Source of the DNA: an uncultured Rhodospirillaceae bacterium
GTDB lineage: Bacteria > Pseudomonadota > Alphaproteobacteria > Rhodospirillales > UBA2165
NCBI GenBank assembly: GCA_964643045.1
Contig: CAZXSC010000004.1
Span: 2,208 to 66,207 of the forward strand
Length of the DNA: 64,000 nucleotides
Direction of reading: 5' to 3'
Shown here: one piece after another, positions 39,990 to 49,748 of the stretch
Numbering within the stretch: the first letter of the stretch is position 1
Layout: each line of letters starts with the position of its first letter
Translations under genes and position numbers: made by a program
The notes under the pieces: generated by a model
Seen by the model: only the letters and a program-made list of their open reading frames with translations
What the model was told of the DNA's origin: nothing
Databases searched by the model: none

Positions 39990-40931
39990 TCAAAGTGACT
40001 GCAAAAATCTCTCAATGCCTGAGGGATCTTGAATAGAAAAACTTTCCAATCCTCGGTCAATCCGCCGCGTCAATCCTGTTAAAACCTGTCCCGCACCAAC
40101 TTCAACTAAAGTATCAACCCCATTATCTTTCATAAAAAGGACGCTTTCTCTCCAGCGTACGCAAGAGGTGACTTGTTCTATCAAAAGCTTGCGAATTTCA
40201 TCTGCTGCCGTGTGTCCACTTGCCGTTACATTAGAAACTATCGGAATAATTGGCTTATCAATTTGTAACTTTGCTAATTCTACTTCCATAGTATCTGCTG
40301 CAGGGTCCATCATGGCACAGTGAAAAGGAGCACTCACAGGCAATATTATACTGCGTTTAGAGCCTTTTCTTGCGGCTAATTCAATGGCACGGTTTATGGC
40401 CGTAGTCGCACCACTTAAAACAATTTGACCAAACGCATTATCATTCGCAGCGGAACAGACTTCACCTTGAGCAGCCTCATTGGTTATCTCTTTTGCAAGA
40501 TCCAGGTCAATACCGATGAGTGCAACCATACTGCCTTTGCCGAGTGGAACCGCCTCTTGCATAGCAATTCCCCGGACACGTAAAATGCGCGCAGCATCTA
40601 TTATTCCAAAGGATTTTGCTGCTGTCAGAGCCGAATATTCGCCCAGAGAATGCCCAGCAACAAATTTTGCTTTTTCAGCAATTTTAAGACCACCCTCTGT
40701 CTCTAATACACGCATGATAGCGGCACTTACAGCCATCAGAGCTGGCTGCGCATTAGCGGTTAAGGTTAATTCTTCGGCCGGGCCATTGAACATGACTTTT
40801 GATAGCGGTTGTTCTAATGCATCATCAATTTCTTCAAACATTTCATTTGCGATAGGAAATGTATTAGCTAATTCTAGCCCCATACCAACAAATTGTGACC
40901 CCTGACCAGGAAATACAAAAGCAATGCCCAT
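39990..40931 (-). CDS. fabD: Malonyl-CoA:ACP transacylase
   Basis: FPGQGSQ and the active-site motif GHSLGEYSAL. Confidence 0.95.
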   Translation of the reverse strand: MGIAFVFPGQGSQFVGMGLELANTFPIANEMFEEIDDALEQPLSKVMFNGPAEELTLTANAQPALMAVSAAIMRVLETEGGLKIAEKAKFVAGHSLGEYSALTAAKSFGIIDAARILRVRGIAMQEAVPLGKGSMVALIGIDLDLAKEITNEAAQGEVCSAANDNAFGQIVLSGATTAINRAIELAARKGSKRSIILPVSAPFHCAMMDPAADTMEVELAKLQIDKPIIPIVSNVTASGHTAADEIRKLLIEQVTSCVRWRESVLFMKDNGVDTLVEVGAGQVLTGLTRRIDRGLESFSIQDPSGIERFLQSL

Positions 40932-41068
40932 TACTTACCCTGAGTTCTTTTTTGTCGCATTTTATTAATAAAACCCCTTTGAAGTGATTGATAAACGAAG
41001 CACTAAAAGTGTCAAGATATCTATCCAGCTAAAGTCGAAAAAGATAAAATATTTTGCTCCGTGAACCC

Positions 41069-41096
41069 TTGCACTCACAAAATTTATCTATATAGT
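41069..41096 (+). promoter_or_regulatory. Candidate sigma70-type promoter of the rpsF operon
   Basis: TTGCAC (41069-41074), a 16-nt spacer, then TATAGT (41091-41096), about 90 nt upstream of the rpsF ATG. Pattern match only. Confidence 0.4.
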
Positions 41097-41186
41097 GCCG
41101 CCCGCATATTTCCTTGCCAGTTTTAACTGGCTATGCCCTTTTAGCCAAACCGGTAATCGGGCTGAGACAAGCCAAAAGGATAAACT

Positions 41187-41657
41187 ATGAGTTTATATGA
41201 AAGTGTCATTATAGTACGACAAGAAGCCACTAGCCAGCAGGTGGAGTCACTTGCTGAATTGCTTGAAGGTATTATCGAAGAAAATGCGGGAAAGGTTAGA
41301 AAAAGAGAATATTGGGGTCTTCGTTCTCTTGCTTATAAAATCAAAAAGAATAGAAAAGGTCATTATGTTCTTCTAAATATCGAAGCTCAATCCGCGGCTG
41401 TTCATGAAATGGAACGCCAAATGCGCTTGAATGAAGATATCCTTCGTTATTTAACTTTGCGGATCGATGAAGTTGAGGAAGGTCCATCAATACCAGCTCA
41501 AATACAAAACCGAGCCCAACAGTCTGGTGATGGCTACGATAAAAAATTACCTGAAGATCAAACTGGCTCCGAAGTAGAAGACAAATTGAGTGTGGATCCG
41601 GTAACTGAAAATGTTATTGAAAACAAGACCGAGAATGTGTCTGTAGGGGATGAATAA
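41187..41657 (+). CDS. rpsF: 30S ribosomal protein S6 (with acidic C-terminal extension)
   Basis: The N-terminus [13 protein letters not shown]...[15 protein letters not shown] is typical of S6. Its stop overlaps the rpsR start (TAATG). Confidence 0.95.
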   Translation: MSLYESVIIVRQEATSQQVESLAELLEGIIEENAGKVRKREYWGLRSLAYKIKKNRKGHYVLLNIEAQSAAVHEMERQMRLNEDILRYLTLRIDEVEEGPSIPAQIQNRAQQSGDGYDKKLPEDQTGSEVEDKLSVDPVTENVIENKTENVSVGDE

Positions 41658-41941
41658 TGGCCGATTTCGATAGTTTTAAATCAAATGGAGATCGCACAAA
41701 AGGTGGCGAAAGTGGTGGGCGGCGTCCGTTTTTTCGACGTAGAAAATCATGCCCCTTTTCTGGACCAAACGCGACGAAGATCGATTACAAAGACACCAAA
41801 ACATTAATACGTTATCTTTCTGAACGCGGTAAAATAGTCCCAAGTAGAATCACAGCTGTTTCTGCAAAAAAACAGCGAGAACTTGCTAGGGCAATAAAAC
41901 ACGCCCGTTTTCTCGCATTAATACCGTACGTTTCGCAATAA
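41657..41941 (+). CDS. rpsR: 30S ribosomal protein S18
   Basis: Motifs CPFSG...IDYKD...[16 protein letters not shown] and [20 protein letters not shown]. Confidence 0.95.
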   Translation: MADFDSFKSNGDRTKGGESGGRRPFFRRRKSCPFSGPNATKIDYKDTKTLIRYLSERGKIVPSRITAVSAKKQRELARAIKHARFLALIPYVSQ

Positions 41942-41984
41942 CACATAATATTCATTCAAAGTTATAAAAGAAATAGAATAATAC

Positions 41985-42956
41985 GTGCAGGAAAAAAGCG
42001 GGATGCACCCGAAAATTTCTAGGGAAACTATCATCGCTATTGGAGCAGGATTCATTAGCGCCCTTTTGTACAAAATGGCGTCCACCGGGCTCGTATTGGG
42101 TATTTTATTAGCTTATTTTGCATTGCAACCAATACTACTAATAGGATTAGACAAGGGCCGTAGAGCCGTAACTATTGCAATGTTGTCTGGAGTTTGCGGA
42201 ACTGTATTCTTGGCGAATTCATTTCAAGCTATCTTGTACGGTGTCTCGGTAGTTTTTCCTGCATGGATAATAGTTGTCACTACCATGACTTTTCAAACAT
42301 CTACAAGCAGTGTAAACAAATGGTTTCCGCTAGGAGAAATAGTTGCCCGATTAACTGCGCTGGGGATAATCGCCACAATTACCAGTGTAATTATCTTTCA
42401 TGATACGCCAGGTGGGCTAACCCAAAGTGTTGAATCGTTTTTAAATGAATTGATTGCAAATTCTACTCAATTTAACTCGTCGGCAGATGTTGGGCCTATA
42501 ATTGGAAAACTAGTGCCGTTATTCCCCGCAATTACAGTCTCTTCTTGGCTATTGATGATTATTATAAATACGTTGGCCGCACACGCCATATTGGTAAAAA
42601 AACGCAAGGGGGTTAGGCCAAAATTAAATTATACAGCTGTTACAGCACCGGAATGGGCTTATTGGGCACTTGTTTGTTCAGCGGTATTCTTATTAACAGG
42701 CTCATCTAACATCGAATATGTTGGTCGCAATTTAGTTATCATACTTTTTATCCCATTTTTGCTTGTAGGCTTGACTGTGATCCACACTTTTGCCCGTCGA
42801 TTTGGATCTCCAACTATAGCATTAGTATCTTTTTATGCTTTAATGATGATTTCAAGCTGGCCTGTTTTACTCACTATTTTGGTTGGTTTTTTCGAAAAAT
42901 GGATCAAGTTCAGAGAAAAATTTCCAACAACCGACGATAAAAATAATGAGGAATGA
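41985..42956 (+). CDS. DUF2232-like polytopic membrane protein
   Basis: About 8 TM helices. The position between rpsR and rplI matches the alphaproteobacterial DUF2232 family (recalled synteny). The start is GTG 41985 or ATG 42003. Confidence 0.6.
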   Translation: MQEKSGMHPKISRETIIAIGAGFISALLYKMASTGLVLGILLAYFALQPILLIGLDKGRRAVTIAMLSGVCGTVFLANSFQAILYGVSVVFPAWIIVVTTMTFQTSTSSVNKWFPLGEIVARLTALGIIATITSVIIFHDTPGGLTQSVESFLNELIANSTQFNSSADVGPIIGKLVPLFPAITVSSWLLMIIINTLAAHAILVKKRKGVRPKLNYTAVTAPEWAYWALVCSAVFLLTGSSNIEYVGRNLVIILFIPFLLVGLTVIHTFARRFGSPTIALVSFYALMMISSWPVLLTILVGFFEKWIKFREKFPTTDDKNNEE

Positions 42957-43183
42957 GAATTAGAAATTATTCGATAGTTAAGCGACGAGACACAAATGAT
43001 ATTTTGGTTGCCATGGCTGTTATACAATAGTAGTTTCCCGCCGGTCTTCCCCACTAATCTGCAAACGAATAGGGTGTTTTACGTTGTTTAATCTTACCCC
43101 CGTTGAGAACGAAAAAGGCTATTTACCGAAGGATCGACGTTTGGTTCGGCAGATGATAGAAACTATAGCGAAAGTATAATGAA

Positions 43184-43867
43184 ATGGAAGTTATCTTATT
43201 AGAAAAAATTGAAAAGCTTGGACAAATGGGCGACCTTGTTACTGTTAAACCTGGTTTTGCACGAAACTTTCTATTACCCCAAAAGAAAGCCGTAACCGCA
43301 ACAGATGAAAACAAGGCACATTTTAATCGTCAGCGAACACAGCTCGAAGCCCAGAACCTCAAACAAAAATCGGAAGCTGAAAAAATTGGAAAAAAACTTA
43401 ATGGTAAAACAATTATCATAGTCCGCCAAGCAGGTGAGGCCGGGCAGCTATATGGATCTGTAAGTGCGCGAGATATTTCCAATGGCATTACTGAGTCCGG
43501 TTTTTCTATTGACCGTAGCCAAGTCAAACTAGAAAATCCTATAAAAACTGTTGGGATGCACTCTATTCAAATCACACTTCATCCGGAAGTTAGTGTTTCA
43601 GCAACAATAAATGTTGCGCGTTCCAATGAAGAAGCAAAGATTCAGGATAAGACAGGAAAAGCAGTGGCTAAAGATGAAGAACAGCCAAACGCAGTTGAGG
43701 AATTGGTAGAACAATTGGATGCTGAAGAATTAAATATGCCGTCTTCCACGGAAGCAGAAGACCAAGCAGCAAAAGTATTAGCAACCGTTGAAGAGGTATC
43801 GACTGCTATTGATCCGGAAAATGTTACGGAATCGAAAAACGAGACTACAGATGAAAAAACAGAGTGA
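43184..43867 (+). CDS. rplI: 50S ribosomal protein L9 (with ~75-aa acidic C-terminal extension)
   Basis: The N-terminus MEVILLEKIEKLGQMGDLVTVKPGFARNFLLPQKKAV is canonical L9. The tail is rich in E/D/T. Confidence 0.95.
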   Translation: MEVILLEKIEKLGQMGDLVTVKPGFARNFLLPQKKAVTATDENKAHFNRQRTQLEAQNLKQKSEAEKIGKKLNGKTIIIVRQAGEAGQLYGSVSARDISNGITESGFSIDRSQVKLENPIKTVGMHSIQITLHPEVSVSATINVARSNEEAKIQDKTGKAVAKDEEQPNAVEELVEQLDAEELNMPSSTEAEDQAAKVLATVEEVSTAIDPENVTESKNETTDEKTE

Positions 43868-44097
43868 AATATAGTCTTGAATTTTGATTAAGCGAATGTT
43901 TTGTTGAAATAAGCTGACCTTATTGATCTGTATTTGAATTTTGTTATTTGTTTATAATTAAGAAACTAACGGCCTCAACCATAACGAAAAAATATATTGC
44001 GCAAGAGCTGGACTTGCTTGTATTTTATGTGTGTGACACTTTATAATTCGCAACGATGTGGTGTTAGCAAAGGTACACGAAGCTTTGATTGGGAGAA

Positions 44098-45351
44098 ATG
44101 ATGTACTTATTACAATTAATTCTCAGTCGAATAATAAACACAGGTAGTCTGAAAATTATAAATTCAGACGGAAAAATTTATAATTTTTCAGGACAACCCA
44201 ACAATCTTTTACCAAACGAAATTTGCGTTGAATTCCATGATAAATTATTCGCAAGTTTTCTCGCACTCTCACCGAGCATGGCGTTGGGTACAGGTTACAT
44301 GCATAACCGGCTAAGTATAAAGGATGGAACAATCTATGATTTCCTCAAATTTCTCGCCATAAATGTGTATAACAATAATGATCATTGGCTTCATAAGGCG
44401 TTAAAATCATCAGCTTTACTTAAAAAGCGTTTCCAGCAGCTCAATCTTTTAAAAAAATCACGTAAAAATGTAGCTCACCACTACGACCTTTCTGGAGAAC
44501 TGTACCAACATTTCCTCGATTCTGACAGACAGTACTCCTGTGCTTACTTTGCCAAAAAAAACAATAGTTTGGAGGAGGCGCAGTTTAATAAAAAAAGCCA
44601 CATAGCCGCAAAGTTATTAATTAACAAAAATCATAATATCCTAGATATTGGTTGTGGCTGGGGTGGTATGGGTCTTTACATTGCCCGTAATTTTGGGGCA
44701 AAGGTGAAAGGAATTACCCTTTCCGAAGAGCAATTGAAAGAAGCGAATAAAAGAGCTACCTCAGAAAATTTAGATGGATTAGCTAAATTCAGTCTATTAG
44801 ATTATAGGATGATTAATGAGCAATACAATCGCATAGTTTCTGTTGGCATGTTTGAACATGTGGGCGTCAACCACTTCAATCAATTTTTCCGAAAAATTTA
44901 TGAAAGCCTAACGGCCGATGGTATCGCTCTTATTCATACTATCGGGCGCTTCGGCCCCCCCTCCGTAACGGATCCTTGGATTCGGAAATACATTTTCCCC
45001 GGTGGTTATATTCCATCACTTTCTGAAATTTCACCTGCAATAGAAAAATCTGGTTTGATCATAACCGATATGGAATTCTTGGGACAACACTATGCTGAAA
45101 CTCTAAGACATTGGCAGAATAATTTTCAAACTAATCGAGATAAAATAAAGGGTATTTATGACGAAATTTTCTGTAAAATGTGGGAATTCTATTTAGCGGG
45201 TAGTGAAATTTCATTCCGATATCTTGACTCAACTGTCTTTCAAATCCAATTAGTAAAAAAGCGTTATAATGTTCCTATGACCCGCGATTATATGTCAGAC
45301 GGACAAGTAGTTGCGCAAAAACTTACCCCAAAACAAACTGAGGCGGCATAA
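44098..45351 (+). CDS. Cyclopropane-fatty-acyl-phospholipid synthase family methyltransferase
   Basis: Motifs HYDLSGELYQHFLD, SAM motif ILDIGCGWGG, SVGMFEHVG, FPGGYIPS and WEFYLAGSE. ATG 44098 is preferred over TTG 44089. Confidence 0.88.
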   Translation: MMYLLQLILSRIINTGSLKIINSDGKIYNFSGQPNNLLPNEICVEFHDKLFASFLALSPSMALGTGYMHNRLSIKDGTIYDFLKFLAINVYNNNDHWLHKALKSSALLKKRFQQLNLLKKSRKNVAHHYDLSGELYQHFLDSDRQYSCAYFAKKNNSLEEAQFNKKSHIAAKLLINKNHNILDIGCGWGGMGLYIARNFGAKVKGITLSEEQLKEANKRATSENLDGLAKFSLLDYRMINEQYNRIVSVGMFEHVGVNHFNQFFRKIYESLTADGIALIHTIGRFGPPSVTDPWIRKYIFPGGYIPSLSEISPAIEKSGLIITDMEFLGQHYAETLRHWQNNFQTNRDKIKGIYDEIFCKMWEFYLAGSEISFRYLDSTVFQIQLVKKRYNVPMTRDYMSDGQVVAQKLTPKQTEAA

Positions 45352-45475
45352 AATCAATCTCTATGTTGCCTTAAAATCAATTATTTAAATTTTTTGTTAG
45401 TTATCCCCATATCTCACAGGGCTGTGCATCTTTTCCTTCTTCTCATACACGCTTGATCAGGGTAGTTTCTCCATT

Positions 45476-47008
45476 ATGGTTACAGCAATCCAAAATAATT
45501 CTGCTCCGGATAAAAGCATCAAAGCGGTACGAACTGACGAGGTGAACATAGCTCAGTTTCGTTCCCCTCCCCATAACTTTGAAGCTGAAAAAGCATTGCT
45601 TGGAGCAATATTTGCCAATAACAATGCCTACGACCGTGTGGCAGGCTATCTTCGACCTGAACATTTTGCTGATCCTATTCATGGTAAGGTTTTCGATGCA
45701 ATTTCTAAATTAATCGAACGTGGCCAAATTGCAGATCCCATTACCCTCCACAACTTTTTTGAACAAGATGGTTCAATGGCTGATGTTGGGGGTACACGTT
45801 ATCTTGCTGAAATTGCTAGTTCAATGGTTAGCGTTATAAATTCTGCTGAATACGGAAAATCCATTTATGATTTGCACCTAAAGCGCCAACTGATCGAATT
45901 AGGCGAACAAGTTGTAAATCGAGCCTATACACCTGAAGTTGATGACTCGGCCCTAAGCCAGATAGAAAATGCTGAACAAACGCTTTATGACCTAGCAACC
46001 ACCGGTGAAATCGAAGGGGGATTTCAAGACTTCAAGTCTACAATAGTTTCTGCATTAGAAATGGCTGAAATTGCACATAAACGTGATGGTCAACTGAGTG
46101 GAGTTTCAACCGGTCTCCGCGATTTAGATCAAGTGATGGGGGGACTCCATCCCTCGGATCTGGTCATTTTAGCAGGCCGTCCTTCAATGGGAAAAACAGC
46201 TCTTGCTACCAATATTGCTTTTAATGCAGCCTATGATTACAAATCCGAGAACGATGAAAACAACAAAAAGAGGGTATTAGACGGTGCTGTTGTTGGCTAT
46301 TTTTCGCTAGAAATGTCCGCCGAGCAGTTGGCCGCACGTATTTTATCTGAACAGTCACAAATCGCTTCGGATAAAATGCGCCGGGGCACCTTAACTAATG
46401 AAGAATTCGATAAGCTTGTGATAGCCTCTCAGCAATTACACCAACTTCCAATCTTTATTGACGATACCCCCGCTCTATCAATTTCAGCGCTGCGAACGCG
46501 GGCTCGGCGCTTGAAAAGAAATGAAGGAATTGGATTAATTATTGTTGATTATCTGCAATTAATGGAAGGTTCTACCGTGAGTGATAATCGAGTTCAAGAA
46601 ATCAGTGAAATTACGCGAGGACTTAAGACGCTAGCGAAAGAGTTGGACGTACCTGTGCTCGCGCTTTCTCAGTTATCTCGTGCAGTCGAACAGCGTGAGG
46701 ATAAAAGACCTCAATTATCAGATCTTCGAGAGTCGGGTACAATTGAACAAGACGCCGACGTGGTTAGTTTTATATTTCGCCAAGCTTATTACGATGAACG
46801 TAGCGAGCCAGTTCAACGCGCTGAAGAATCATTAGAAAAATTCGCAACGCGGCATTCTGATTGGGAAGAACGGCGCGAACAAAATCGTTTTATAGCAGAA
46901 TTAATTATTGGAAAACAGAGGCATGGTCCGACAGGAACCACTAAACTACATTTTAACGGCATGTACACACGCTTTGGTGACCTTGATACTCAACATTTTG
47001 AATCTTAA
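45476..47008 (+). CDS. dnaB: Replicative DNA helicase DnaB
   Basis: PPHNFEAEKALLGAIF, Walker A GRPSMGKTALA, VDYLQLM and SQLSRAVEQR. Confidence 0.95.
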   Translation: MVTAIQNNSAPDKSIKAVRTDEVNIAQFRSPPHNFEAEKALLGAIFANNNAYDRVAGYLRPEHFADPIHGKVFDAISKLIERGQIADPITLHNFFEQDGSMADVGGTRYLAEIASSMVSVINSAEYGKSIYDLHLKRQLIELGEQVVNRAYTPEVDDSALSQIENAEQTLYDLATTGEIEGGFQDFKSTIVSALEMAEIAHKRDGQLSGVSTGLRDLDQVMGGLHPSDLVILAGRPSMGKTALATNIAFNAAYDYKSENDENNKKRVLDGAVVGYFSLEMSAEQLAARILSEQSQIASDKMRRGTLTNEEFDKLVIASQQLHQLPIFIDDTPALSISALRTRARRLKRNEGIGLIIVDYLQLMEGSTVSDNRVQEISEITRGLKTLAKELDVPVLALSQLSRAVEQREDKRPQLSDLRESGTIEQDADVVSFIFRQAYYDERSEPVQRAEESLEKFATRHSDWEERREQNRFIAELIIGKQRHGPTGTTKLHFNGMYTRFGDLDTQHFES

Positions 47009-47195
47009 CAAATTTAACCTATAGAAACGGATTTATAATCAGTTTATAATGGTATCCACCAAGACATTTGGCACCTAGACTTGTGCGCAAAGTAAAAGAA
47101 AATTGTTTCGTTTCATAGTGATAGGAAAGAAAAAATACGAGCCTATTATTTTCTAACTACTGCGACACATAAAATTAAAAAAGAGAGGCTTTAAA

Positions 47196-48275
47196 ATGGT
47201 AACCTTCGGAAAAACTGGGGCTATCTTAATTATTGACCTCGAAGCCTTAAAACAAAATTATATAATTTTGTCTAATAGACTGCCATTTGCAGAATTGGCA
47301 GCTGTGGTCAAAGCTGACGCGTATGGAATTGGTGTCAAGGAAGTAGCGACTGCCCTCTCTGATCTAGGTTGCATGCACTATTTTGTGGCAACGGTAGATG
47401 AAGGAATTGAGTTAAGGCGCATTTTGCCAAAAGCCACAATATATATCTTTCATGGTGTTCTACCCGGCACTGAAGATGATCTAGTCTCTTATTCTCTAAT
47501 CCCTGTTCTTAATAGCCCAGAGCAAATTGAAATTTGGCTACCTCATGCTGCTCACAGTGCTTGCCTTCACATTGACACTGGCATGTCACGATTAGGGTTG
47601 ACGCCCGAGCAATGCTTCAAAGTGGAAAATTTAATGACTTACAACATCTGCATGGTGATGAGTCACCTTGCCTGTGCAGAAATTCATAATCACCCAAAAA
47701 ATACAGAACAACTTGATCTATTTAGAAAACTCCTAAAACATGTACCGACAAAATTTTCTAGTTTAGCCGCTAGTGCCGGCATTTTCTTAGGACCCGATTA
47801 CCAATTTGATCTTTGCAGGGCCGGGGTATCTCTTTATGGGATAAATCCAACACCATCAACTCAAAATCCTTTGAAACAAGTGATTCGTTTACAAGCAAGA
47901 ATCATACAATTACGTTCCGTTGACTCCCCCCAGACCGTTGGTTATGGTGCGACGCATCAGTTTAAAAAATCAGCAAAAATAGCCACACTTGGAATCGGTT
48001 ATGCAGACGGGTATATGCGCAGTCTTGGAAATTCGGGTATAGCCTTTATAGGTGATCATGAGGCGCCAGTTGTGGGGCAGATTTCTATGGACTTAACTAC
48101 TGTTGATGTAACGAACGTTCCCGAAAATCTTCTTTCACTCCATACTTTCGTTGATCTAATAGGACCTAATAATCCAATTGATCAGATCGCCAAACAGGCG
48201 GGTACGATTGGCTATGAACTTTTGACCGGTTTAGGTAATCGTATTGAACGTCACTACAATTTCGGGAAGGGTTAA
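47196..48275 (+). CDS. alr: Alanine racemase
   Basis: PLP-lysine motif AVVKADAYGIG. C-terminal VGYGA...GYADGY...QISMD. Confidence 0.9.
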   Translation: MVTFGKTGAILIIDLEALKQNYIILSNRLPFAELAAVVKADAYGIGVKEVATALSDLGCMHYFVATVDEGIELRRILPKATIYIFHGVLPGTEDDLVSYSLIPVLNSPEQIEIWLPHAAHSACLHIDTGMSRLGLTPEQCFKVENLMTYNICMVMSHLACAEIHNHPKNTEQLDLFRKLLKHVPTKFSSLAASAGIFLGPDYQFDLCRAGVSLYGINPTPSTQNPLKQVIRLQARIIQLRSVDSPQTVGYGATHQFKKSAKIATLGIGYADGYMRSLGNSGIAFIGDHEAPVVGQISMDLTTVDVTNVPENLLSLHTFVDLIGPNNPIDQIAKQAGTIGYELLTGLGNRIERHYNFGKG

Positions 48276-48310
48276 GTTCAAATGAATTTCCTTCAGTAAC
48301 AAGGATTATA

Positions 48311-49735
48311 ATGGCTGCACCTCAAATCATATATATCTGTCAAATTTGCGGCTCCAGCCAGACAAAATGGACTGGCCAGTGCGGGTCTTGCGGCAAATGG
48401 AACTCAATCATTGAAGATATTGCCAAAGATGTAACCCCCAAAGGAATGTCTAACAAAAAAGGCCGCAAAATTGAATTCGTTGGTCTAAAAGGTACTGAAA
48501 AAACATATTCCCGGATATTAACCAAAATTATTGAATTTGACCGCGTATGCGGCGGTGGCCTAGTCCCAGGCTCCGCAGTCCTTGTTGGTGGTGATCCAGG
48601 TATCGGCAAATCGACCATATTATTGCAAGTTTGTGCGGCAATATCAAAAACTAAAAACGCGCGTTGTTTATATATTTCAGGCGAGGAAGCTATTGACCAA
48701 GTTCGAATGCGAGCTGAACGTTTAGGGATCGCGAATGCAAAAGTTGAACTTGCTTCAGCAACTAGTGTCCGCAATATTACTGCTACCATAGACGGGCCCA
48801 ACAATCCAACTGTAGTGGTAGCTGATTCCATACAAACCTTATATGTTGATAATTTGGATTCAGCTCCCGGCACGGTGACACAAGTCCGGGCATCAGCTCA
48901 AGAGCTCATCAGTTTAGCCAAACGCCGCGGATTTGTATTATTTTTGATCGGCCATGTTACAAAGGAAGGCAACATCGCCGGTCCAAAGGTACTGGAACAT
49001 ATGGTCGACTGCGTTCTTTATTTTGAAGGTGAGCGTAGTTACCAATTTCGAATCCTTCGAGCAATAAAGAATCGTTTCGGCCCTGCGGACGAAATAGGTG
49101 TTTTTGAGATGACCGTCTCAGGCCTAGCTCAGGTCAAGAACCCTTCTGCAATCTTTTTAGCAGATCGTGAAAATAGCGCAAATGGTTCTAGCGTATTTGC
49201 TGGAATAGAAGGCAGTCGTCCCATGTTAATTGAGATACAAGCTTTAACTGCACCAACAAGTTTTGGGACCCCTAGGCGAGCGGTAGTCGGGTGGGATTCA
49301 AATAGATTATCCATGATATTAGCAGTCCTAGAAGCAAGGTGCGGCTTATCAATTAACAGCCACGACGTATATCTAAATGTTGCGGGTGGATTACGAATTA
49401 GCGAACCGGCCGCCGATTTAGCAGTTGCAGCCGCATTGATTTCATCGATTACTGTTATTTCATTACCTGCTAAAACTGTTTTCTATGGAGAAATAGGTCT
49501 CTCGGGCGAAGTCCGTCCCGTGAGCCGAAGCGACGTTCGTCTTAAAGAAGCCCAGACGCTGGGATTCGATGCAGCCGTCGCTCCTGAATTGCGTAGACAG
49601 TTCGACCCTGAGAAAAATATGGCCGCATACCAAATAAATTTAATTAAGATCAAACATTTGAACCAATTAATCGATTACATCAAAAAAAACGGTGGCAAGG
49701 CGTTACTAACAAACCCAGCTTTTAATAAGAACTAA
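48311..49735 (+). CDS. radA: DNA repair protein RadA
   Basis: N-terminal Zn-finger CQICGSSQTKWTGQCGSCGKWNS, Walker A GDPGIGKSTILLQ, KNRFGP and a Lon-like C-terminal domain. Confidence 0.95.
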   Translation: MAAPQIIYICQICGSSQTKWTGQCGSCGKWNSIIEDIAKDVTPKGMSNKKGRKIEFVGLKGTEKTYSRILTKIIEFDRVCGGGLVPGSAVLVGGDPGIGKSTILLQVCAAISKTKNARCLYISGEEAIDQVRMRAERLGIANAKVELASATSVRNITATIDGPNNPTVVVADSIQTLYVDNLDSAPGTVTQVRASAQELISLAKRRGFVLFLIGHVTKEGNIAGPKVLEHMVDCVLYFEGERSYQFRILRAIKNRFGPADEIGVFEMTVSGLAQVKNPSAIFLADRENSANGSSVFAGIEGSRPMLIEIQALTAPTSFGTPRRAVVGWDSNRLSMILAVLEARCGLSINSHDVYLNVAGGLRISEPAADLAVAAALISSITVISLPAKTVFYGEIGLSGEVRPVSRSDVRLKEAQTLGFDAAVAPELRRQFDPEKNMAAYQINLIKIKHLNQLIDYIKKNGGKALLTNPAFNKN

Positions 49736-49748
49736 TTTTAGAAAATAA

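Noticed and set aside
42779-42787. TGATCCACA (DnaA-box-like) and other near-consensus DnaA 9-mers inside coding regions, e.g. 15798-15806.
   Set aside because: They are isolated single sites inside ORFs, with no clustering and no AT-rich unwinding element. There is no sign of a replication origin in this window.
44001-44030. GCAAG-N7-CTTGC hairpin followed by TTGTATTTTA, considered as the rplI terminator.
   Set aside because: The stem is only 5 bp and lies 135 nt past the rplI stop. That is too weak to annotate.
48340-48873. 177-aa ORF antisense to radA.
   Set aside because: It lies entirely inside a strongly supported radA coding region. The composition is Pro/Ser/Thr/Arg-rich with no motif, which is typical of a shadow ORF.
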